From an uncultured Gammaproteobacteria bacterium (lineage in GTDB: Bacteria; Pseudomonadota; Gammaproteobacteria; SZUA-229): 64,000 nucleotides of DNA. Location: contig CALLCZ010000032.1 of the NCBI GenBank assembly GCA_937998645.1, forward strand, positions 5,593 through 69,592, in the 5' to 3' direction. Position numbers and translations under genes: made by a program. The notes under the pieces are model-generated. The model saw nothing but the letters and a program-made list of their open reading frames with translations, searched no databases and had not been told where the DNA came from. Shown piece by piece: positions 1 through 8,983 of this stretch; the stretch's first letter is position 1, and every line of letters begins with the position of its first letter.

Positions 1-399
1 GCAGTACTGGCGCAGAACCCGAACAAACTGCTGGCCTATAACTGTTCCCCAAGTTTCAACTGGCAGAAGAACCTCGATGACAAGACCATCGCCGGGTTCC
101 AGGACAAGCTGAGCGAATTCGGTTACAAGTACCAGTTCATCACGCTGGCGGGTATCCATAATATGTGGTTCAACATGTTCGACCTGGCGCACGAATACGC
201 GCAGGGTGAAGGCATGAAGCACTACGTCGAGAAAGTACAGGCACCGGAGTTCGCCGCGCGTGATAAAGGTTACTCTTTCGTTTCCCACCAACAGGAGGTC
301 GGTGCGGGATATTTCGATGACATCACGACCGTGGTCCAGGGCGGGGCATCCTCAGTCACCGCATTGCAGGGTTCTACCGAAGAGGCCCAGTTCGGTTAA
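1..399 (+). CDS. aceA: Isocitrate lyase, C-terminal part (5' end lies outside the window)
   Basis: Frame 1 is open from base 1 and reads LLAYNCSPSFNW...GYKYQFITLAGIH...HQQEVGAGYFD...GSTEEAQF, the characteristic ICL C-terminus. Confidence 0.96.
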   Translation, partial: AVLAQNPNKLLAYNCSPSFNWQKNLDDKTIAGFQDKLSEFGYKYQFITLAGIHNMWFNMFDLAHEYAQGEGMKHYVEKVQAPEFAARDKGYSFVSHQQEVGAGYFDDITTVVQGGASSVTALQGSTEEAQFG

Positions 400-443
400 G
401 CGTTACAGTACGGCCCTCCAAAGACATAGTTGCAAGAGGAGAA

Positions 444-956
444 ATGACACAACAGCAGTACAAGACGGCGGATCTCTACGATGAACATGGCGAAGACCTG
501 GCTATCTGCGAGCCGGTGTTCAGGGATTACGGCGGAAACGCCAGTTTCCATGGTCGCATCCACACCCTGAAGTGCTTCGAGGACAACTCCCTGGTGCGAC
601 AGGCCCTGGAACAGCCGGTGCAGGGTGATGTGCTGGTGGTTGATGCCGGCGGGTCGCTGCGATGTGCGATGCTCGGCGACCAGCTGGCAACGATCGCTGT
701 CGATAACGGCTGGTCGGGGATCGTCATGTACGGATGTATCCGTGACAGTGCAGATATCGCGAACATGTCGGTAGGCGTCAAGGCATTGGCCACGCACCCT
801 GCGAAGAGCAAAAAACAGGGGGTGGGGGAGAAGGATATACCCGTCACGTTCTGCGGTGTTCGCTTCACACCCGGAGGCTACCTCTACGCGGACAGCGACG
901 GCATCGTCGTCAGCGACTCGGGCCTGAAATCTAACATTGGTTTGGAGATGCGTTGA
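444..956 (+). CDS. rraA: RraA family protein (RNase E activity regulator / HMG aldolase-oxaloacetate decarboxylase family)
   Basis: Motifs [33 protein letters not shown] and [18 protein letters not shown] upstream. Confidence 0.93.
   Translation: MTQQQYKTADLYDEHGEDLAICEPVFRDYGGNASFHGRIHTLKCFEDNSLVRQALEQPVQGDVLVVDAGGSLRCAMLGDQLATIAVDNGWSGIVMYGCIRDSADIANMSVGVKALATHPAKSKKQGVGEKDIPVTFCGVRFTPGGYLYADSDGIVVSDSGLKSNIGLEMR
861..920 (+). repeat. Direct repeat copy 1 (rraA 3' coding segment), partner at 2611-2670
   Basis: 55 of 60 bases identical to 2611-2670 by manual alignment. Confidence 0.95.
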
Positions 957-2677
957 TGCAGCAAATCGTCGACTATCTGGGGTCACTCGGGATTAGTGCC
1001 CCGGAAGAAATTATCTACAACCCGTCTTACGAACGCCTTCACGAGGATGAATGCCACGAGGGTCTGGAAGGTTTTGAGAAAGGACATGTCTCGACACTGG
1101 GCGCAGTCAATGTGTTCACCGGCAAGTACACCGGCCGGTCCCCGAAAGACAAGTTTATCGTTGAAGATGAGACAACCCGTGAAACGCTCTGGTGGAACGG
1201 CAATGGTGCGGTGAATGACAACAAGCCGATCTCGCAAGAGACCTGGTCTGATTTGAAAAAAATCGTTATCGAGCATTTGTCCGGCCGCAAGCTATATGTG
1301 GTCGATGGCTTTTGCGGCGCAAGCGCGGATACCTGTCTTAGGGTGCGTTTCATCATGGAAGTGGCCTGGCAGGCGCATTTCGTCAAGAACATGTTCATCC
1401 GCCCGTCGGATGAGCAGCTGGAAAATTTTGAACCCGATTTTGTCGTGATTAACGGTTCCAGAACTTCCAATCCGCACTGGGAAGCGCACGGCATGAATTC
1501 GGAGACCTTTGTTGCCTTTAATCTGACCGAGCGAGTACAGCTGATCGGCGGTACCTGGTATGGCGGTGAGATGAAAAAAGGCATGTTCGCCGTAATGAAC
1601 TACCTGCTGCCGTTGCAGGGTATTGCCTCAATGCACTGTTCCGCCAATGTCGGGGAGGATGGCGATGTGGCCATTTTCTTTGGCCTGTCAGGTACAGGCA
1701 AAACAACTCTGTCCGCTGACCCGAAACGTGCCTTGATCGGGGATGATGAGCATGGCTGGGATGACGAGGGAATCTTTAACTTCGAAGGCGGCTGCTATGC
1801 CAAAACCATTGACCTTTGTGCCGTAAGAGAACCGGATATCTATCGTGCCATTCGCAAGGGCGCCTTGCTGGAGAACGTGACCATCGATGAGAATGGTGAA
1901 CTGGATTTTTGCGACCGCTCCCGCACAGAAAATACCCGTGTATCATACCCGATCCACTATATCGATAATATTGTCAAACCGGTATCCAGGGCGGGCCATG
2001 CCGACAAGGTCATATTCCTGACCGCTGACGCATTTGGTGTTCTGCCGCCGGTTTCCTGCCTGGATGAAGAGCAGACCGAGTATTATTTTCTTTCCGGATT
2101 TACCGCCAAGCTGGCGGGTACCGAACGCGGGGTGACTGAACCGACACCAACATTCTCAGCCTGCTTCGGCGCAGCCTTCCTGACATTACATCCAACCACG
2201 TACGCTGAAGTACTGGTCAAGCGCATGCGTGCTTCGCGTGCCAGGGCGTACCTGGTTAATACCGGCTGGAATGGAACCGGAGAAAGGATTTCGATCCATG
2301 ACACCCGTGCCATTATCGACGCCATTCTGGATGATTCCATCGAGAAAGCGGAAATGAAAATTCTGCCGATATTTAATCTCGAGATTCCGATGTCATTGCC
2401 AGGCGTACATGACGAAATCCTGGATCCACGCCAGACGTATGCCGACCCGGCTGAGTGGGAACGAAGGGCGCGTTCATTGTCAGAGCTTTTCATCGATAAT
2501 TTCGGTAAATTTACTGATACTGATGAAGGCAAGAAACTGGTAGCCGCTGGACCTCAGCCAATATCCAGGCCTGCCAGTACCAAAAGGTACCAAAGGGTAT
2601 CAAAACGGGTCGGTTCACGCCCGGAGGCTACCTCTATGCAGACAGCGACGGCATCGTCGTCAGCGACTCCTGATTGA
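953..2677 (+). CDS. pckA: Phosphoenolpyruvate carboxykinase (ATP)
   Basis: Motifs [45 protein letters not shown] and NFEGGCYAK. Carries an atypical extension of about 40 aa after LVAAGP. Confidence 0.97.
   Translation: MMQQIVDYLGSLGISAPEEIIYNPSYERLHEDECHEGLEGFEKGHVSTLGAVNVFTGKYTGRSPKDKFIVEDETTRETLWWNGNGAVNDNKPISQETWSDLKKIVIEHLSGRKLYVVDGFCGASADTCLRVRFIMEVAWQAHFVKNMFIRPSDEQLENFEPDFVVINGSRTSNPHWEAHGMNSETFVAFNLTERVQLIGGTWYGGEMKKGMFAVMNYLLPLQGIASMHCSANVGEDGDVAIFFGLSGTGKTTLSADPKRALIGDDEHGWDDEGIFNFEGGCYAKTIDLCAVREPDIYRAIRKGALLENVTIDENGELDFCDRSRTENTRVSYPIHYIDNIVKPVSRAGHADKVIFLTADAFGVLPPVSCLDEEQTEYYFLSGFTAKLAGTERGVTEPTPTFSACFGAAFLTLHPTTYAEVLVKRMRASRARAYLVNTGWNGTGERISIHDTRAIIDAILDDSIEKAEMKILPIFNLEIPMSLPGVHDEILDPRQTYADPAEWERRARSLSELFIDNFGKFTDTDEGKKLVAAGPQPISRPASTKRYQRVSKRVGSRPEATSMQTATASSSATPD
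2611..2670 (+). repeat. Direct repeat copy 2: relic of an rraA 3' end
   Basis: In the rraA frame it reads [20 protein letters not shown], identical to the RraA C-terminal residues. Confidence 0.95.
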
Positions 2678-2695
2678 TGCTGCCTGGCTGAGGCC

Positions 2696-3640
2696 CTAGG
2701 AGGCGGGCTTGCGGAAGAGGCGATCCTTGAAGAACTCCGGGTCGATGGTGTCGATGAATGCCTGGCCTTGCGGGCTGATGAATTTACCACGCCGCACGAC
2801 AACACCGTAGGATCTTCTGGGCATGTACTCGTCCATCGGGTACTGGAACAGGTCATCATCGTCGGTGAGGCAGACGCCGGTGACGATGGAGATCCCCATA
2901 TCCAGTGCAACATATTTCTTGATGATCTCCCAGCCGCCTGCTTCCAGCGACACATTGAAAACCAGGCCGTGCTGGTTGAACACCATCTCCAGCATCCTCC
3001 AGGTGGCCAGGTGTCTCGGCGGCAGGATCAGGCCGTATTCACTGATATCTTCCAGGGTGATGCGCTTCTTGTTCGATAAGGGATGGCCTTTTGCGGTGAT
3101 CAGTGTCGAGCTGTAGAAGATCGATGGCCGGTAGAGGATGTCGTCAGGGATCTCCAGCATGGAGCCGACTGCCAGGTCAGCCTGGTCCGCGTGCAGCATG
3201 GCCATCCCGTCCCTGCCGGTAACATTGTGAAGTTTGATCTGGATGCCGGGATAGGCATCAGAGAAGCGCTTGATGTAGTCCGGTAACAGGTAGAGTATGG
3301 TCGACTCGCCGGCTGCGATGTTCAGCTCGCCGCGATCGAGTTTGCCGAAATGAGCATGGAAATTCCCCTCCAGGCCATCGATACCGTCGACCAGTGGTTG
3401 CGCGATCTGCAACAGCACGGCGCCTTCGGGGGTCAGCGATATGTGCCGCCCCCGGCGTTCGAAGACGATGATATCCAGTTCTCTTTCCAGTGCCTGTATC
3501 TGCAAGGTGACCGTGGGTTGGCTCTGGAACAGGGACTCGGCTGCTTTCGAGATGCTTCCGGTTTTGGCTGCCGTGCAGAATGCGCGGAGCTGCTTCAGGC
3601 GATTCTGTTTGTAGTAAACGTCACCGGACTTCTTGCTCAC
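2696..3640 (-). CDS. LysR family transcriptional regulator (CysB/Cbl-like effector domain)
   Basis: N-terminal HTH LKQLRAF...SISKAAESLFQSQPTVTLQIQALE, followed by a LysR substrate-binding domain. Confidence 0.93.
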   Translation of the reverse strand: MSKKSGDVYYKQNRLKQLRAFCTAAKTGSISKAAESLFQSQPTVTLQIQALERELDIIVFERRGRHISLTPEGAVLLQIAQPLVDGIDGLEGNFHAHFGKLDRGELNIAAGESTILYLLPDYIKRFSDAYPGIQIKLHNVTGRDGMAMLHADQADLAVGSMLEIPDDILYRPSIFYSSTLITAKGHPLSNKKRITLEDISEYGLILPPRHLATWRMLEMVFNQHGLVFNVSLEAGGWEIIKKYVALDMGISIVTGVCLTDDDDLFQYPMDEYMPRRSYGVVVRRGKFISPQGQAFIDTIDPEFFKDRLFRKPAS

Positions 3641-3706
3641 ATCGACGCCTCAGAGAGTATTTAAAAAACTTATTATAGTTAATATAATTAATTAGATTTA
3701 TTAATA

Positions 3707-3954
3707 CTAGCCCGCATTTCTCACCCGGCGGCGTAGGATTCTGATAAGGCATTGGTCTCTTTGAAGAAAACCCGGGTGATCAAAATACAGTGTGTTTTTC
3801 AAGCATGCCTATCACGGTTCAGGCTGGTCGTCGCGTCCGCAAGCTTGCTCTTCACTCAAACCGTAGCTATTGCTACGCTTTTCGCTCCAGAGCGGTGCTT
3901 ACGAACACGAATCCTGCGCCTGCTCCCGTGATCCTGGTGGGAAATGCGGGCTAG
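3707..3954. mobile_element. MITE-like non-autonomous element, 248 bp, CTAG-flanked
   Basis: Ends ctagcccgcatttctcacccgg and cctggtgggaaatgcgggctag form a 22-bp inverted repeat with 2 mismatches. No ORF; internal hairpin cgtagc-tatt-gctacg. Confidence 0.8.
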
Positions 3955-4024
3955 CTGAATGGCGGTAAGCCATATAGCTGCTTACGAAGAAAAGTACCCA
4001 TCTAATGCAGTACAGGTCTTTGCC

Positions 4025-4429
4025 TTAATGTATCTTGTTTAGCAGCTTATCCACGGCCTGGATCAGGTCAGCGCGCTCAAAAGGCTTGGTAAATGTCAGA
4101 TCTGCACCCGCCTGTTTCGCGGCAGACAGATAAGCGGATGTTTTTATTGCTTCGGGTCGATAGGTAAGCAGGTCAACACCACCACCGCCGGAAATGGCAA
4201 TAATTCTGATACCGGGGAATTCCTGGCGAATTTCCTTTATGGTATTTACGCCATCCTTCTCCGGCATAATGATGTCGGTGATAATCAAATCCGCGGGCTC
4301 TCTGCGCTGAAGCTCGATAGCCTCATTGCCATTAGAGGCAATCCTTACCTCGTATCCGGCACTTTCCAATACCAGTTGCATGGCATCCCGGATATCTTCC
4401 TCGTCATCGATAATCAAAATACTGCTCAT
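4025..4429 (-). CDS. Stand-alone response regulator receiver protein
   Basis: ILIIDDE, LIITDIIMPEKDG, IIAISGG and FTKPF; no output domain. Confidence 0.93.
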   Translation of the reverse strand: MSSILIIDDEEDIRDAMQLVLESAGYEVRIASNGNEAIELQRREPADLIITDIIMPEKDGVNTIKEIRQEFPGIRIIAISGGGGVDLLTYRPEAIKTSAYLSAAKQAGADLTFTKPFERADLIQAVDKLLNKIH

Positions 4430-4590
4430 AAATATTCTCGTTGATCTCTGGTGTGTTGCACGACTTTTCCAGCATGCGGTTTGTCAGGTTACTATCATAC
4501 CCCATTATTGTTATTTCGAATGCCGTGCTGTGTGTATATGCAAGACATGACTATTGCCTGTTTCGCACAGCTATAGACAAAGTCCGGCTG

Positions 4591-4620
4591 ACCAGACCAG
4601 ACCAGACCAGTCCAGACCGG
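4591..4620. repeat. Pentanucleotide simple repeat (ACCAG)4 plus two degenerate units
   Basis: accagaccagaccagaccagtccagaccgg. Confidence 0.85.
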
Positions 4621-4634
4621 AGCTGAAGGCAATT

Positions 4635-6125
4635 TTATGACACTTGTTTATCCTTCGGTAAATAGATATGGAATGTGGTTCCTTTCCCGGGCTCGCTTTC
4701 GATTGTTATATCGCCGTTATGGGACATAACAATGCCATGTACCACGGACAGACCCAGGCCGGTCCCTTTACCAACAGTTCGTGTCGTATAGAACGGCTCG
4801 AAGATCCGGTCAAGCCTGCCGCGCTCTATGCCATGCCCGGTATCCTGAATGCTCAGTCTTACATATCTCCCTGCGTGCAGGTTTGGATGGTTCCGGGAGA
4901 GCTGTTCGTCAACAGTAACAGAATCCAGGCTGACTGTAATAGAGCCAGATTCATTATCAAGCGCCTGGTAGGCATTGCTACACAGGTTCATGACTAACTG
5001 GTGAATCTGGTTTCTATCAGCCAATACTATACATTCCCTGGAAGTGGTTTCCATGTGTAACTCTACTGTTGACGGTATCAACGCCCGAAGCAGTTCAAAT
5101 ACTTCCTTAATGACAGGAGTTATATCTATCGGCTTGTATTCCGAAGCCCCGGTCTGCCGGCTAAAGGTCAGAATTTGCTGGACCAGGTCTTTAGCACGCT
5201 TTGAAGACTTCAGTACACGCACGAGGTGCTTATGAGCCGGATTATCTGCAGGTAAGTCGTGAATGGCCTGTTCCGTGTACAGGAAGATAGACAACAGGAT
5301 GTTATTGAACTCGTGGGCAATGCCTCCCGCCAGGACACCGACTGTTTCCAGTTTTTGCGATTGTCGAAGTTTGTCCTCGAGAGACTTTCGTTGTCTGTCA
5401 GCCTCATCTCGCTCGGCAATTTTCTGGGCTAAAGCGGCGTTTGTGCCCACGAGTCTGCTGCGCATGGCCTCGAGGTCTGTCGTTAAGGCTCTGATCTCGG
5501 TAAGCTGACTGTCAACATGCAGTTGATTACCGTGATGTCCATCTGCAATGTTGCGAGAGGCTTTTTGAAGAAGCCTCAAAGGTCGCGTCAGGATTGTGCT
5601 AAGCAGTACAAAAGCAAAGATTGATACGATGAGATATAAGAACAGCACATTTATAAGCCGCTGCCGGGCTGATTCGATCGACTCGATTGTAGGTAGCTCA
5701 TCGAAACCCATTTTTAGCACGGCCTGTTGGCCAGGTATATTAAGAGGCGTGGACAGAAAGTAGATCTGGTCACCATGCTGTCCAAAGCTGTAATCCTCCT
5801 TATACAGGATCTCCCGTTCATTTGATGATAATTCGCTTCGTAGCTGGAAGTCTCCTGCTATCAGTTCGGCAACAATGCCATTACTGCCAAGAAGCGCGCT
5901 ATCCAGTAAATGAGCAGCCCGCGCCCGGTCGTTCAAAATATCACCTGTCTCAATGACGTCGGCTATAAAACGACTGTATTTACGTACATCGTTAATGAAT
6001 CGTTCCTCGTGACTTTGCTCGATAATATTCAGCAGGCCAAAAAACAGCAACGGTAAAAGTACGGCGTGGATTCCCAGTCCGATAAAAATCGTGCGCGTAG
6101 CAAATGAGTTCAGGATTTTTCCCAT
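4635..6125 (-). CDS. Membrane sensor histidine kinase (2 TM, periplasmic domain, HAMP, HisKA, HATPase)
   Basis: Two hydrophobic helices; HAMP (TRPLRLL...); H-box LAGGIAHEFNNIL; N-box NLCSNA; DTGHGI, FEPFYTT and GTGLGLS. Confidence 0.95.
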   Translation of the reverse strand: MGKILNSFATRTIFIGLGIHAVLLPLLFFGLLNIIEQSHEERFINDVRKYSRFIADVIETGDILNDRARAAHLLDSALLGSNGIVAELIAGDFQLRSELSSNEREILYKEDYSFGQHGDQIYFLSTPLNIPGQQAVLKMGFDELPTIESIESARQRLINVLFLYLIVSIFAFVLLSTILTRPLRLLQKASRNIADGHHGNQLHVDSQLTEIRALTTDLEAMRSRLVGTNAALAQKIAERDEADRQRKSLEDKLRQSQKLETVGVLAGGIAHEFNNILLSIFLYTEQAIHDLPADNPAHKHLVRVLKSSKRAKDLVQQILTFSRQTGASEYKPIDITPVIKEVFELLRALIPSTVELHMETTSRECIVLADRNQIHQLVMNLCSNAYQALDNESGSITVSLDSVTVDEQLSRNHPNLHAGRYVRLSIQDTGHGIERGRLDRIFEPFYTTRTVGKGTGLGLSVVHGIVMSHNGDITIESEPGKGTTFHIYLPKDKQVS

Positions 6126-6556
6126 AACACTCTGAGTATCTTTATGCCAGGTTCGCCATTCACAATATCCTCCCGCGCATAACTTATGCTGTAAGGATTG
6201 CTCGACAGGGCTTTAACCAAATCCTCAACATTGTCATATTCGGCAATGCGAGGGATGCCTTTTCTTAAAGTCAGAGACAGTTGCCGGCGCTTGTAGGATT
6301 TCTCGGACATGGCGACAACCGTCTGCAGGAAAATATCGTTGAGATCTTCGTCGCTAATATTGCGTAGACCCGTTATGGCCTGCCCATCGCGCTTAACAGT
6401 GAAACCCAGGAAAATTTTTCGTAACTCGAGAGAGTCAATATTATGCAACGGGCTCGTCGAGGCTGCGACCAGAACAACCTGGTGATCGGCTCCGGCGACC
6501 TTGATGCATAGTATAAAGCCTATGCAACAGAGCAGGAGTGCTTTTACCAGGTCCAT
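6110..6556 (-). CDS. Small exported protein resembling a single-lobe type 2 periplasmic binding protein (PstS-like)
   Basis: Signal peptide MDLVKALLLCCIGFILCIKVAGA, then VVLVA..SPL..I...ELRKIFLG and LSSNPYSISY. Overlaps both neighbours; ATG 6556 preferred over the track start at 6574. Confidence 0.7.
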   Translation of the reverse strand: MDLVKALLLCCIGFILCIKVAGADHQVVLVAASTSPLHNIDSLELRKIFLGFTVKRDGQAITGLRNISDEDLNDIFLQTVVAMSEKSYKRRQLSLTLRKGIPRIAEYDNVEDLVKALSSNPYSISYAREDIVNGEPGIKILRVLWEKS

Positions 6557-7689
6557 GGTAAAACAGTGCTCCACTGCAGCATCGCCTGGCCGAATCTGTC
6601 TTGTGAATCAGCTTCGGCAAACTCGATGACGCGTGCGACTTCAAGGGTGAGAGCCTGGGTTCTGGCAAAATCAAACCTAAGGCCGAGTACCTGGCGGTCG
6701 GCTATGGTGTTGGGAAAGAGTGTGAGATAGAGTGAGTCTTCCGTGTCATTTGATTCTTCCAGACGTCCATACAGTATCCAGTCCTCGTGGAAACTATATT
6801 GGGCCTGTATATAACCGGAGGTAAAGGTGTCTTTTAATGTCTGGGTTTGCAGTTTATCCTGGTTGTTGACATAAATGACTGTGCCTATGACCTTCCAGTT
6901 TGGCCAGTTCCAGTCGAGGTACGCGCCGATTGTATATTGTTCAACGCGTTGCAGCCCGGCCTGTTCTGCTGTTTCGTTTTCATCGATCTCGAGGTCAGCC
7001 CAGCCCATAACAAGTCCGACCTGGTTATCGCCCAGCTGGTCTGGCAAGAAGCCGAGCCGAAGATCCGCGGCAGCGCCATGGTTGGAGTCGGGGTCCAGTA
7101 AATCAACGGGCTGGAGTTGATCCTTGCCAATAGAAGGTCCTGCACCGAACGAAACTGTGGTTTGAAGGCCGGACGAACCTCTGAGTGAACTCATGGTTTC
7201 GAGCATGAGTCCGGTTATGTGGGTTGGCAATACACCCCCATCATCCTCAAATTGTTCAATCAGAGGGCGGCTGATGCTTGTCTGCATATACTGCCCGTGA
7301 TGGTAGGTGGAATTCCAGTAGCGGCTTGGCGAATGAATCCGACCTATCCAGCCGATGGTGTCTGCTTCACGCCAACCGAGTTTAAATCGTTCCAGTTCAC
7401 TTTCGTCAGTAGATAGCAGGTACTCGCCAAGAATTTTGAAACGGCCATTTGTATAGCTGTAGACAATGTCCGCATCTGCAACGAATTCTGATCCTTCCGG
7501 GCCGCTTTCCGGGGAGACTTCATTATAAGCGGGGCCTCCGCTGAGGAATAACAGGAGATCATGCTGCCCTTTGGACAGGGCTTGCGAACTATTGAGCAGT
7601 GCCGTGAGCACAATTGCTGACAGAATCCAGTAGCGCGTATAAAGTGTCATATGATTTGTAGTTTCATGTTCTAGCATGGTTTCAGCCAA
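6544..7689 (-). CDS. Putative outer-membrane beta-barrel (porin-like) protein
   Basis: Signal peptide (likely start 7650, MTLYTRY...QALS); alternating amphipathic strands (GYIQAQYSF, LGLRFDF); WNSTYHHG motif; terminal aromatic residue W. Confidence 0.75.
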   Translation of the reverse strand: MAETMLEHETTNHMTLYTRYWILSAIVLTALLNSSQALSKGQHDLLLFLSGGPAYNEVSPESGPEGSEFVADADIVYSYTNGRFKILGEYLLSTDESELERFKLGWREADTIGWIGRIHSPSRYWNSTYHHGQYMQTSISRPLIEQFEDDGGVLPTHITGLMLETMSSLRGSSGLQTTVSFGAGPSIGKDQLQPVDLLDPDSNHGAAADLRLGFLPDQLGDNQVGLVMGWADLEIDENETAEQAGLQRVEQYTIGAYLDWNWPNWKVIGTVIYVNNQDKLQTQTLKDTFTSGYIQAQYSFHEDWILYGRLEESNDTEDSLYLTLFPNTIADRQVLGLRFDFARTQALTLEVARVIEFAEADSQDRFGQAMLQWSTVLPWTW

Positions 7690-7906
7690 CTTCTAAAGCC
7701 TTCGATTGAATCTTACCTATACCTATAGCATGAATACCATAGTGTGCTGTTGCCTGCAGATGGTCTTGATTGAGCAGCAGAATATTGCTGATAATCAACA
7801 ATAGCGTATAGCCTGTTGATGTGGCCATGGTGCTGGTTGAGCTTGCCATACCAGACTCGGTGACAGTGAAACAGAGCAGAGATGTCAGGAAGAATAAGAT
7901 GATCAT
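7682..7906 (-). CDS. Possible small membrane protein (two hydrophobic segments)
   Basis: MIILFFLTSLLCFTV...GYTLLLIISNILLL; co-oriented with and abutting the porin gene; no recognisable family. Confidence 0.35.
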   Translation of the reverse strand: MIILFFLTSLLCFTVTESGMASSTSTMATSTGYTLLLIISNILLLNQDHLQATAHYGIHAIGIGKIQSKALEVG

Positions 7907-8154
7907 CGCAATGCTCAGCGAAAGCCGGGATTGTGTTGAGGTTTTGTATCTTCTGCGTCCTTGTTATATGCATTCAATACTCATGCCGGTCGCGAGTTGC
8001 GCAAACAATAAAAGCAAGCGGCGCTTATGATCGATGATGACAACTGTAACCTGAGCAGGCAGGAATAAATCAGCAGGTTCAGCTCATTATTGATAGCGAC
8101 ACGGCATGTTCGCAGTCTGTTGAAAAGTGCATACAGCCTGTGCAGTAAGGTATG

Positions 8155-8814
8155 TTAAAAAGCGACCAGGCTGTGTTCAATGGCATAGCTGGTCAACTCC
8201 GATACACTGCGGAAGTTGAGCTTGCCCATAAGGTTGGAGCGATGCTTCTCTATGGTTTTGATACTAAGCGATAAATGAGAGGCTATTTCCCTGTTTTTGT
8301 AACCTTCAGCAACGAGCTTCATGACCTCACGCTCACGTATTGTGAGCCTGCACCAGGATACCGCTGACCTGGCATTCTCCGAATAACCTAGAAAGCCACC
8401 GAGGATCGTATCGCAGACGCCCGGCGTGATATAGACCTGGCCACTTAGAACAGAGCTGATTGCGGCTAACAGAGAGTCGCTTGTGTCATCTTTCAGCACG
8501 TAACCGTTTGCGCCTGCTTCAAAAGCGGCCTGGACGTGGTCATGCGATTTGTGTTCGGTCAGTGCAATGATCTTTATTTCCGGCTGGCGTTGCTTAATGA
8601 TACGTATGGCCTCTGTGCCATTCATAACTGGCATCGTGAGGTCCATCAGAATTAAATCCGGTTTGAGTTCACTGGCTTTTTGTACGGCTCTGCTGCCGTT
8701 TTCCACTTCTCCAATAATTTCAAGATCTGCGGTCTTTGAAAGTAGTGCCCCGAGACCTACACGAAATATGGGAAAGTCATCAACTACAAGTATTTTCAGT
8801 TTGCTCATTTCCAA
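8155..8814 (-). CDS. NarL/FixJ family response regulator (REC + LuxR HTH)
   Basis: ILVVDD, LILMDLTMP, GYVLK and LTIREREVMKLVAEGYKNREIA..L.LSIKTIEKHR. Confidence 0.95.
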   Translation of the reverse strand: MEMSKLKILVVDDFPIFRVGLGALLSKTADLEIIGEVENGSRAVQKASELKPDLILMDLTMPVMNGTEAIRIIKQRQPEIKIIALTEHKSHDHVQAAFEAGANGYVLKDDTSDSLLAAISSVLSGQVYITPGVCDTILGGFLGYSENARSAVSWCRLTIREREVMKLVAEGYKNREIASHLSLSIKTIEKHRSNLMGKLNFRSVSELTSYAIEHSLVAF

Positions 8815-8858
8815 CTCCTTTTTGTGCCATGATAAAAAGAAACCGCTTGATGTTTCGA

Positions 8859-8875
8859 TGCAAGAATAATGCCTG
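8859..8875 (-). promoter_or_regulatory. Putative sigma-54 (-24/-12) promoter
   Basis: Minus strand reads CAGGCATTATTCTTGCA (GG-N10-GC), about 45 bp upstream of the NarL-type gene. Confidence 0.35.
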
Positions 8876-8983
8876 AATATTAATTATCAATTAAATCAGT
8901 AGGATATAAATTGATGGCGCACCTCTTGTGTAAAATATTTCGACACTTGCAGTAGCGATATGCTGATAAATTATGGTATTCAA

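Noticed and set aside
396..986. Long antisense or alternative-frame ORFs (e.g. 396-986, 14690-15262, 30321-31031, 60481-61614)
   Set aside because: They are shadows of well-supported genes on the opposite strand, with no family motifs.
7973..7989. Second sigma-54-like motif (CCGGCATGAGTATTGAA) upstream of the porin operon
   Set aside because: The -12 element is GA rather than GC; too weak to call without TSS data.
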